Shown here: one piece after another, positions 22,721-39,500 of the stretch
How the letters are laid out: the number at the start of each line of letters is the position of its first letter
Position numbering within the stretch: position 1 is the stretch's first letter
Assembly (NCBI RefSeq): GCF_964188315.1
Contig: NC_135667.1
Location: forward strand, 20,894,001-20,958,000
DNA length: 64,000 bases
Source of the DNA: Podarcis muralis
Taxonomy: Eukaryota
Direction: 5' to 3'
Program-made: the position numbers and the translations under genes
The notes under the pieces: generated by a model
The model's input: only the letters and a program-made list of their open reading frames with translations
What the model was told of the DNA's origin: nothing
Database searches by the model: none

Positions 22721-23730
22721 AGCTTAGCCCTACATAGCAAGGCTGTTGTGATAAATAGGCCACGCCCACATCCATGTATCAGTGGAGGGAGAGTGGTGAT
22801 CGCATGCAAAAACTTTGAAGCCTCGCGTATTGCACACAGCTTGCCAGGCAGTTGGGTCGCTTGTGAGGCTCGTTTGGAACAGTTTATAACAGATTGTTGG
22901 CCAATTTGTGCTTTTCCCGACATCTCTTTAAGGTAAAGATAAGACATCTTGGTACTGCACACTTGTAAAAGGCCACAAAACATCCGAGGGCGAGGGAAAG
23001 CAAGGAATGGGTCTCATTCAGGGAGACTTTGGCCATCTCCCTTTGCAATCCTGTGCATGTTTATGTGCAAGTATATGCCATTCATTTCCCACTGAGTAAG
23101 CATGCAGAGGACTGTAGCCTTAGCGTTTGCCCCAAGGCAAAATGCATAACCTCTTCATAGCGCATGTTAGATTCTATGTTCAATATTCTAAAAATGGCAC
23201 ATACTTGCTTTACGTGACCTTTGAGCCCCTTTATGCTCCATTTTCTCCCTCCCTACCCAAAATCTGCAGCTACCACAATGAGGCCAACACGTCATACATC
23301 CGATGTAATGGGCTTTTAGTCTATCGAAGCTTATGTATGTCACACAAACCCATTAGTCTTCAAGGCACAGCGAGCCTCCTTTTGGGGCGCATGCGATAGC
23401 AGACGTTATCCCTACAGCATCTTTGCACTGCCTCCCCACCACCCACCCAGCGCAAATGTCATACTGATGTTGTGGAAATAGCAATTGCGCCTAATGTCAC
23501 TGGTGGCAACTATTGATTGACCCTTCAGGGGTTGGTTGCTTGGTTATGGCTTCAGTGCATAGCCCTCCCCTGCGTATATAAGCAGCATGAACTGTGCAAA
23601 ACAAGAAATGCTACTCAGTTAATACAGGTTGAAGAATTCAGATTTTGTCAGGAGACTATTTGGTTGTTGCTGTTTGTATGTATGAAGTATACAAACACCT
23701 GTCTATGCACGTTCCCACGGCAGCCCCCAG

Positions 23731-28776
<5,046 letters not shown>

Positions 28777-29711
28777 AAGACCTTTCCGCTGTCTCTAGCA
28801 TCTAAGGATGGACTCTAATCTGTTGATTTTGGTTTCTTCTCAATCATAATTTCAGGTCTTCTCATTTCCACACCAATTTATGATCTGTGCATGGCACAGC
28901 CCTTGTGAAAATTAATCAGCGTTTTAGTGAGAATTTCGCTTGATACACGTCATTTCCCCCAATAGACACATTTTTCTGCAAAGCAATTTCCCTTATTGTA
29001 ATGTTGCTTTTCACTAACACCTGCATTTGTATGTACACTTTGCCCTAATATATGCATTCTTGTACATGTTACTTGGATGGAAAACTGCATTGCAAAATTT
29101 GGAGAAGCACCAATGTCCAAGGATGGCTGGCTTTCAATTTGCATATTGTTTTGGAAAGGGCAAATTTGTTAACTTCGTCTTTAAATGTGAACTGAATCTA
29201 ATTTCTGCTCCAGCATCCCAGGCCCCTGAGAGAGGCCCTGAACATGAGCTGCAACAAGCTGAAAGCTGTTCTTCACAGAATAAACCGAGGCTGTGTTTGC
29301 AGTTCTGCCTTGTGTTTTGTGGGAGGAAAATTTCAGCCACTGGTTTTCTAAGATCCTCTAAGGAACCTCCTGTGGCCTGGGAGATCTTCCATGAGATCCC
29401 AAAGCTATGGTGGAGAGCTGTTTTTAGTTAAGTGGTGAGGGAAATGCACTCTGCACATGCCCAGAGGCACTATCTTCTTTATTATATCTTCACATACACC
29501 ATTGGGGAAAATAATTTTGTGGGTGAAATCTTGGCCTCTTTCAGAGAACTCAGCAGTCTTAACCCCCATCTACCTCACTCCTGTCTGGCCCAGATCCCAT
29601 TCTTCTCCCAAAGAACCCAGGAGTCCTGGACACACACAGAGACCCAGCCATGATGGTTTAATTTGGCACCAAGGCAGTGTTTTAGGGTAGCCAAACTGGG
29701 ATGTGGGGAAA

Positions 29712-29742
<31 letters not shown>

Positions 29743-30509
29743 TGTACTTTCATTTTTAACCCCTGAGCAGGGATGTCAAATCAATGCAGAAACACGAAGG
29801 GCTACCCATCTCTGCGTCTGTTGGGAAGGTGGTTATGGTCCCAAAGAGTGATTGGCTTCTTTTGTTAGGTTGTCATGATTCTTTACAATACAGGATTATG
29901 GGAAATGTTTCAAGCCCCAGAGAGTTCTGGGAACAAGCCCATGAACTGCATGACAGCAGCAGTCAACGAGACCACAGGCCCTCAGCAGCAGAGGATGATG
30001 CGATTAGTCACAGCTGCTGCAGAGGATGATGGGAAAGTAACTGAAGTCTTGGGAAATGATGAGGCTGGTCATAATTCCCTCGGAGCAAAGAGTGGTTGCT
30101 AGTACATGGTCCACTGAAGACGAAACTGCTGACGTCGTCATGGTGAGCTTGGCACTGGATCAAACCAGGAAGGCATCCATAGAAGCAACGCATGATGAGA
30201 CGGTTACAAGCGTGGTGGGCGTTCATCACCAGCAGAAGAGCATGATGAGAAGGTGCTGATGCAAACAGAGCATGCTGGGATGGCCACATCCAGTCTCCAG
30301 TGGCAGACCATGATTTTGTTTGTCCACAAGAGCAGAGAATTATCAGAGGATAATTATCAGAGGATAGCCGGGTGTGTCAGCATGTCCTTAAACAGCAGAG
30401 CATGATGGGAAGGTTTCGACAATCATTTGAAGCACAGCATGATGGGAAGGTGTTGGTGACATAATTCTGTAGTGAGAGTTTCAAGCTGAGCCATCTGAAA
30501 GGGGAGGGC

Positions 30510-33500
30510 TCAAGGTCTCAGTGGAGTCTGTGCGAGGTACAAATAATTGTTGGAAGTAGCAGCTAGGACCCCACGGGGGCTGACATGAGTACTGTAGACA
30601 CCTCCAGGCAGGTCATTCAGTACCCCTGTGCTCTGGCAGCAAAGCAAGAGAAGACAACACATCAGAGAAGGCAGAAAGCTGTATTCCCCAGATCTCTTCT
30701 TCCTGCATCCCACCAACCCTTTCCATCTCCTTTCTAAAAACCAACTATCACTGAGTCATGCAACCTGAGAACATAGGAGCATCTAGACCAGCCTCCTGTT
30801 TCCAATAGAGGCCAGGCAAATGCTTACAACTTGCAGGTTCTCAAACTTGTATTCAGAAATGTACCCTCCATTGGTGATTCTCAAAACACTGCCCCCTCAG
30901 TTAAGGTTACCAGATTTTTTTCAATGAATCTGGGGACACTTTTCAACTTCAATGGATTTTGTATGGGGACTGATTTGTAAATCCGTGGACTGTCACCGGA
31001 AAGTCTGGTAACCTTACCCTCAGTAGACCACCTGAAAATGGCTGAAAACCTCAGTGGGACACTTATTTTTGCTTGCTTCAGTGCCAACATGAAATTTGCA
31101 GATCAGATTTGCAGATGACACCAAACTGGGAGGGGTGGCTAACACCCCAGAGGACAGGATCACACTTCAAAACGACCTTGACAGATTAGAGAACTGGGCC
31201 AAAACAAACAAGATGAATTTTAACAGGGAGAAATGTAAAGTATTGCACTTGGGCAAAAAAAATGAGAGGCACAAATACAAGATGGGTGACACCTGGCTTG
31301 AGAGCAGTACATGTGAAAAGGATCTAGGAGTCTTGGTTGACCACAAACTTGACATGAGCCAACAGTGTGACGCGGCAGCTAAAAAAGCCAATGCAATTCT
31401 GGGCCTCATCAATAGGAGTATAGCATCTAGATCAAGGGAAGTAATAGTGCCACTGTATTCTGCTCTGGTCAGACCTCACCTGGAGTACTGTGTCCAGTTC
31501 TGGGCACCACAGTTCAAGAAGGACACTGACAAACTGGAATGTGTCCAGAGGAGGGCAACCAAAATGGTCAAAGGCCTGGAAATGATGCCTTATGAGGAAC
31601 GGCTAAGGGAGCTGGGCATGTTTAGCCTGGAGAAGAGGAGGTTAAGGGGTGATATGATAGCCATGTTCAAATATATAAAAGGATGTCACATAGAGGAGGG
31701 AGAAAGGCTGTTTTCTGCTGCTCCAGAGAAGTGGACACGGAGCAATGGATCCAAACTACAAGAAAGAAGATTCCACCTAAACATTAGGAAGAACTTCCTG
31801 ACAGTAAGAGCTGTTCGACAGTGGAATTTGCTGCCAAGGAGTGTGGTGGAGTCTCCTTCTTTGGAGGTCTTTAAGCAGAGGCTTGACAACCATATGTCAG
31901 GAGTGCTCTGATGGTGTTTCCTGCTTGGCAGGGGGTTGGACTCGATGGCCCTTGTGGTCTCTTCCAACTCTATGATTCTATGATTCTATGAACATCATCA
32001 ACATTATATGGATGATTATATTATAAACAAACCACAGGCATTAAATCAGTGTCTTGTTGACCTGTTTGATTAATCCTGGTCAATCAAAAGGGCCTCAATT
32101 TCCATGTCAGAAAAAACAACAAGTGCAGGTCCAAATACAGATACTTTTGGTTGTTCCAGAAACTCTCAGCAAATCAGCTGGATGGAGCTTGCGGACCACC
32201 ACTGGTCCACAGACTACAGTTTAAGAACTTCTGGACCATCTTTGATGGGGCTACACCATTTGACCATCTAACCCAGTACTGTCTTCTCTGATTAACAGCA
32301 GCTCTCCAAGATCTCAGGCATAGACCTTTCCCATCACCCACAATGCCAGTTTCCTTGATATTGAGACGCCAGAGGGTAATGAATTTGGGGCTTCTCCACA
32401 TGATGCCTCTGCTCCCCCACTGAGCCACAGCTGTTTCCCACAAGCGACCCCAGCTAAGCCACCATACCATGAGGATTCTCCTGTCAATGAGCCGACATAA
32501 GTTATTCCGGCTCCCACCAGCTACAATATGGTCAACACCGAGGAAGTGGCAGGTATAAATCTGGGGAAGGAGGAAGAAGAGAATCAGGCAGAAGGACAGA
32601 ATGAAGAAAGGGGAACATTTTGAGTCCCACCATGCCATACTGCCAGGAAGGACTAGCATCTCACTAGCACCTCACTAGAAGATGGGAAAGGGGACCCTCT
32701 CAGGAATCTAGTACATTTTATGACCAGATCTCTTTGGTTGATGAGGAGCCAGGCCTGGAGAACACACACGATGCTTAGCCCAAAGGAAGGGTTGGGAGGA
32801 ATGGGGTCAAAAAAGGGTCTTCAACCTGCGAGTGGCCCCGGAAGTCTTCTGGGATGTCCATGATCTTGGAGCCAGTTTCAGCTTCCCAAATCTGGTTGAA
32901 GTAAAAAGTAGTATTTGTGTTAAACCCCCCCTTTTTAAAAAAAAAAAAAATCGACATTTTTGAAAACACATACATTATTTACACATGCACAGTTTATTTT
33001 TTAGCAATGTATCTCTCACTACTTCTAATTAAAGTCAAACTACACCCCCTGTAGGGACACGGGTGGTGCTGTGGGTTAAACCACAGAGCCTAGGACTTGC
33101 CAATCAGAAGGTCGGTGGTTCGAATCCCCACAATGGGGTGAGCTCCCGTTGCTCGGCCCCTGCTCCTGCCAACCTAGCAGTTCGAAAGCACATCAAAGTG
33201 CAAGTAGGTAAATAGGTACCGCTCCGGTGGGAAGGTAAACGGCGTTTCCGTGCGCTGCTCTGGTTTGCCAGAAGCAGCTTAGTCATGCTGGCCACATGAC
33301 CCGGAAGCTGTACGCCGGCTCCCTCGGCCAATAAAGCGAGATGAGCGCTGCAAGCCCAGAGTCGGCCATGACTGGACCTAATGGTCAGGGATCCCTTTAC
33401 CTTTACACCCCCTGTGGGATTTGACTTAGTTTTTAATTATTAGCAAACTTGAGGGGGCTGAGTTTTGGGGAAAGAGAACCCTGAGCTAGAATATTTAATC

Positions 33501-36500
33501 CTTTCTTCACTTGCCCTAAATATAAATCAATCTTCCCCCCTTCAAGCTGCTTAGGAAGCTCCTTATCCCAAAGCAGACCATTGGTCCATCTAGCTTAACA
33601 GTGACTGGCAGCAGTTTCCCAGCCGTACCTGGAGGGGCTGGGGATTGAACCTGGGACCTTCTGCATGCAAAGCGAATGCTCTGCCACTGAGCCATGGACC
33701 CTCCTCACTCCACCAGGGAAAAATATAGCCACCTCCGAAGCACCTCTTTCTCCAGTTCTCACCTGCAAGGTGTTGTTCCTCCTCCAGGAGCCTGTCAGGA
33801 TATGTGTCCCGGTTTTGTCTATCGAGACGGCATCACCACAGACGTGAGGCCCAGAAATGCGCCTGTGGCAAAGGTGGAGCAAGGGTGTGGAGGAGGAGGC
33901 GAGAGCAAGAAGAGAGGGGAAGAATCATTAAAGGCTGAGGAGATAAAAAAGAAAAGAAAAGCAGGAAGGTGGGTGGGGAGGGCGAGAGAAGATTGAGGGT
34001 GAGAAGGGGAAGGGCAGTGGGGGAAGTAGGGGGTGGCTGCGCAGGCGTACCGTAAGGCATGTGATGACTGCATGCTCCAGAACTGAGGGGACAGAAGCCA
34101 GAGAACTGAGGTTAGGTGGGGTTCTCCCTCCAGCATCTGCCTGATAACATTTCCCTTTTGCCTAAGCTGACAGAGAAGCAGGGGTTGCTGGTGCCCCTTG
34201 ATAGGGCAAAAGACAGGGAGTCCAACAGTAGGTGGTGCCAGAGCTAATGTCAGGCAGAGCCAACTATTGTTTGCTTTGCTCCATCCTCCTCTTCCTTGCT
34301 GAGCACGGAGACTGAGGAGGAGGCAGTTGACAGGCAGGGTCACCCAATGGGCTGGCTGTAAGCAGGAAGGCTGACAGGTGGGGCGCTGCCTAAGGGCAGA
34401 ATTACCGTACTTTTCCATGTATAAGACTATGTTTTTTTACAAAAATATATATGATTAAAATAGGGGGTCGTCTTATGCATGGATAGTGCATAGTGGGGAC
34501 GTGGGATTGGTTGATGTCACGAGCCGGAGATTGTCAGCAGCGTGTTATTGGTGGCCTTGGCAAGGGGCGGTGTCGATTCGTCAGTGGCGTAGCGTGGGGG
34601 GTGCAGGGGGGGCCGGCCGCACCGGGCGCAACATCTGGGGTTAGGGCAAATCCACAGGTTAGGGGGTGCAAATCCACGGGTTAGGGGGCGCAAATTACTT
34701 GCCTTGCCCCGGGTGCTGACAACCCACGCTACGCCACTGCGATTCGTTGTTGATTGTTTCTGCCGCTGAGGGGACAGATATTAGGAGGCTGTTGCACGAG
34801 TGTTAGCGTAGGTCAGGTGGGTGTGTGGTTTTCGGTAATCCTCCCCTAAAAAAAGCTCAACAACTCTGAGCTCTCCTCCCTCATTTTCTGTACAGTGGTA
34901 CCACTGGTTAAGAACTTAATTCATTCTGGAGGTCTGTTCTTAACCTGAAACTGTTCTTAACCTGAAGCACCACTTTAGCTAATGGGGCCTCCTGCTGCTG
35001 CCGTGCTGCCGCTGCATGATTTCTGTTCTCATCTTGAAGAGAAGTTCTTAACCCGAGGTACTATTTCTGGGTTAGAGGAGTCTGTAACCTGAAGCGTCTG
35101 TAACCTGAGGTACCACTGTATTTTTAGTCCCCCAAAATAGGGGGTGTCTTATACATGGGGGCGTGCTATACACAGAAAAGTACAGGAGCTTGGTAGGAGA
35201 GTGTCCCATTTCCCCTAATGGACCAGCCTCTGCTGCAAGGGAGGAAGGCCAGTGGTGTCTAAACTTCCTTCCTACAGCATGGCCAAGCCAAGATATTCTG
35301 CCACCTGAGGCAAAAGGACAATATGACGCCCCTTCCATGTACAGATATTGACTAGACTGGTGGTTGAATCACACCGGTAATGGGACAGCCGGTTAGCTTA
35401 GAGGGCACAGGGCAGACCAAATGACAAATACAGCTCTGTCCTCCAAACATTTTCCTTCCAACCCTGTAACACCTGCTGCCTGAAGTGGCCATCTCACACT
35501 GGCCTTCAAAGAAAACAGTCAGGACTTGGGAGCCATTGATTTGCTGCAGAACTCCTGCACATTGCAAAGGATTCTGGGAGATGCTAACGTCCTGCTGGAA
35601 TTTGGAGCTGTGCCCCCAACAAATTGAGAGTGTGCCCTAAAATATGGTGCCAGTTTCAGGATTTTTTTGCCAGGGCTGGAGGTGGAGACTTGGGCCTCCC
35701 TAATCTGGAAGAGGTGTATGTGCAGAGAATGCAAGCAGAGAATTTTTCCAAGATGCCTTTGAGCTTTCTGTGGCCTTAACAATTACTTGACCCAACCCCC
35801 TCTGGAGCTGGGCCTGAATACTCACATTGCACATTCCCCAGTAATTCAGCACCACCAACACTCATTTTTGCCCCTCACCTCACCCAAGCCTTCTACTTCC
35901 CACATCACAGACCCCATCACCTGCACTGTGTCATCCCATCCTCCAGAGATAAATCGTTCATCATTTTCCGGGAAGAAGGTCAGGGCATAGACCCGGGACG
36001 TGTGCCCATCCATCACAGTGGGGGAATAGCTGGAGGAAGAAAAGAGTTGCTGCTTAGGAAACCAAAAGCCAGCCAAAACACACACCCTACTAAATCCAGT
36101 GCACTGCATGTACTATTCCCCCTATTAGTACTGCCCGGTGTCCTACTACCAGCATAAAGGTAAAGGTAAAGGGATTCCTGACCATTAGGTCCAGTCGTGA
36201 CCAACTCTGGGGTTGCGGCGCTCATCTCGCTTTATTGGCTGAGGGAGCCGGTGTACTGCTTCCAGGTCATGTGGCCAGCATGACTAAGGCAAACCAGAGC
36301 AGCGCACGGAAACACCGTTTACCTTCCCACCGGAGGGGTACCTATTTATCTACTTGCACTTTGACGTGCTTTTGAACTGCTAGGTTGGCAGGAGCAGGGA
36401 CCGAGCAATGGGACCTCACCCCGTTGCGGGGATTCGAACCGCTGACCTTCTGATCGGCAAGTCCTAGGCTCTGTGGTTTAACCCACAGTGCCACCCACGT

Positions 36501-39500
36501 CCAGCATACCTTGGGCTAAAAGTCTGGATTTTCGCCCAGGTCTGAGCATCATACATGTAAATCCCGGGTCCTGCTCCGCCTGTGATGAACTTGGAGCCAG
36601 AAGGGTTGAAAGAGGCAATCATTGTCTGGCGGTCCTCCGTTATGGTTCTCACGCAGGTACGGGAGGGAACATGCCACAGTTTCACTTTCCCACCGGAATC
36701 TGTGACGGAGAGAGTGAGTGGCCAAAGGATTTATTACGACATGAAAGGTAGGCTTCTGAGACAAATATTTTCATGGGGCATAGGCAAGAACAGAACGGAA
36801 TTCTGAACAAATTTTTCTGACTTGAATCAGCTTGCAGAAATCCACATTCACCATTGAGGAAGCTGCCAGATTTTGGAGAAGACCCAGTTGGAAGTACCGT
36901 ATGTGACAAGAGGGTTTAATAGTATTCAGGGTCGTGTGTACTTATGGATAGGTGAATCAGTCCATTTCGGTTTCTCTGTTTTTCATTCTTCCAACCTTGA
37001 GTTCGGTTGCCCACATTTTCACAGCATTTTGTGATTTATTTATTTTTTTAAATCATCATGGAAATTCATCATTATTTTAGCTCAAATTTCTCCTACACAT
37101 TTTTGTATGTAATTTTGCCTAATCTGCAAATGTTTACAAATCAGTTTTTCATACTTTTGTATGTTCCTTTATGCCCATTTTACTCTAGCATATGCATTTT
37201 GGGGCACATTATTTAGCCTAGAGCACTATGCTACAAAATTTGGAGAGGTACAAATTGTGAAGGATGGTTTCAGAAAGAATGAATTAGGTAAATGTAAACT
37301 GAATCAAATTACTTTCCCATCTCTATGTGTACAACACCTTAAAAATAACTAAACATGAAAGAATCTGCAGCAGGAAAAGCTGGGTTTTGAGACCTGTATC
37401 AGTTTTGTATAATTTATTTTCCTTATTTTGCTACTTTAATCCTTAATATTTTGCTAGTTGTGAGAGAAACAAAATAACTGATGTTCCAATTCCAACCATT
37501 GGGAATCTTATTTGGCACCTTTCTGGATTCTGAGTTTGTGACAAGTCATTTCCCACACACTTTCACCACAGGGGCTAGAATATTGGCTTTAAAAGAGAGA
37601 GAAAAGATTCTGTACCCATTTCTACACCCATTATTTGCCTTGCACATAATGCTGACATAAGAACAGCGCTGCTGGATATGACCAAAGGCCTTTATTATCT
37701 AGTACATTGGTACCTCAGGTTACAAACACTTTGGGCTACAAACTCCACTAACCTGGAAGTAGTTACCTCGGGTTGCGAACTTTGCCCCAAGATGAGAACG
37801 GAAATTGCATGGCGGCAGTGCAGTGGCAGCAGGAGGCCCCATTAGCGAAAGCACGCCTCAGGTGAAGAACGGTTTCAGAACAGACTTCTGGAACAAATTA
37901 AGTTCGTAACCCGAGGTACCACTGTAGAGACAAACCTTGGCTGTCGAACGTAATCCGTTCCGGAAGCCCGTTCGGTTTCCAAAATGTTTGACAACCTAGG
38001 AGCGGCTTCTGATTGGTTGCAGGAGATTCCTGCACTCAAGCTGAAACCGCATCAGACGTTCGGCTCCCAAAAAACTTCTAAAACCGGAACACATACTTCT
38101 GGGTTTTCAGCGTTTGGGAGCTGAAACGTTCCAAAACGGAGCTATTCGAGAAGTGAGGTTTGACTGTATCCTGTTTCCCAGAGTGGCCAGTGAATAACTC
38201 ACAAACTTTAAGAAGAGATATTTTCTTCTTGACTTTTCTTTTAAAAATCCTTTTTACTGATAATGGAAACGATGAAAGGGTGGAGGAGAGTCAAAGGATT
38301 CAGAGAATCCTAAATGTTGATGTTGATGTTTAAATTAAAATTTGCAATGTAAAACTTAATAAAAAAGGTTTTTTAAAAAAATCCTTTTTACCGGAGCCCT
38401 CTCTTTTTTTTTGACATCTGAAGTCAAATGTGGCTGTATTGGTTGTCTTTGGCAATTGTCTATGGATACACATCTTGAATTTGGCACCACTCTGACAGTC
38501 ACTGTCTGCCATCAGTTCAATAGCACATGTGTCATGCACCTGGTCCTGGGGGTCATTAAGGCTGAAGTCCAGGGTTGCCTCCTCTCTGGTCAAAGGTCAA
38601 GGGAAAGGTGTTACTCACAGGTGGCAAGCAAGACATCCCCGTTGTGAGCAGGACCACGAGGCATAAAGTGCAGGGAGGTGACAGGTAACCCAAGGGCTAC
38701 AGTCTCGCTGTCAGCAAGAACTTGATGAAGTGACCCATCGTTGACAGAAAAAACCTTAATCAGAGAAGGGGAAAGAGGCTGTCAGGAACGCAAAGAGGTG
38801 GGCAGAACACAACACATGAACACACCATGCATAAGATCATGTAAATCGAATCAATTTACCTCCCCATTTCTATGTGTAAAGGTAAAGGGACCCCTGACCA
38901 TTAGGTCCAGTCATGGATGACTCTGGGGTTGCGGCGCTCATCTCGCTTTATTGGCCAAGGGAGCCAGCATACAGCTTCTGGGTCATGTGGCCAGCATAAC
39001 TAAGCTGCTTCTGGCGAACCAGAGCAGCGCACGGAAACGCCATTTACCTTCCTGCCAGAGTGGTGCCTATTTATCTACTTGCACTTTGACATGCTTTCAA
39101 ACTGCTAGGTGGGCAGGAGCAGGGACCGAGCAATGGGAGCTCATCCCGTCGCGGGGATTCAAACCACCGACCTTCTGATCGGCAAGTCCTAGGCTCTGTG
39201 GTTTAGACCACAGCGCCACCTGCGTCCCCATTCATCTCTATGTGTACCACAGATTAAAAATAACTATTCTCATGGAACAAAAATCGGAGTCTTCAGAAGA
39301 TGGCACTCCAAGGTCTCTGCACAGCATGAGCTGCGAGATACCATTTGTGTAGAGCTCAGCCCATAATATGAACCCCAGGGAGTGGACTAGCACATCGGGA
39401 CTGGCTTCAGATGGTGGCAGAACTGGGCATCTGCAAGGCCCCAAGACCAGCAGAGAGCACTCGGCTCTCCACTTTGCAAAGGTTATTCAAGAAGATCAAA

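Noticed and set aside
39238-39444. Minus-strand ORF inside the WD40 gene as an extra exon
   Set aside because: The flanking exons (39816 and 38754) already join in frame within a WD blade; no need or support for it.
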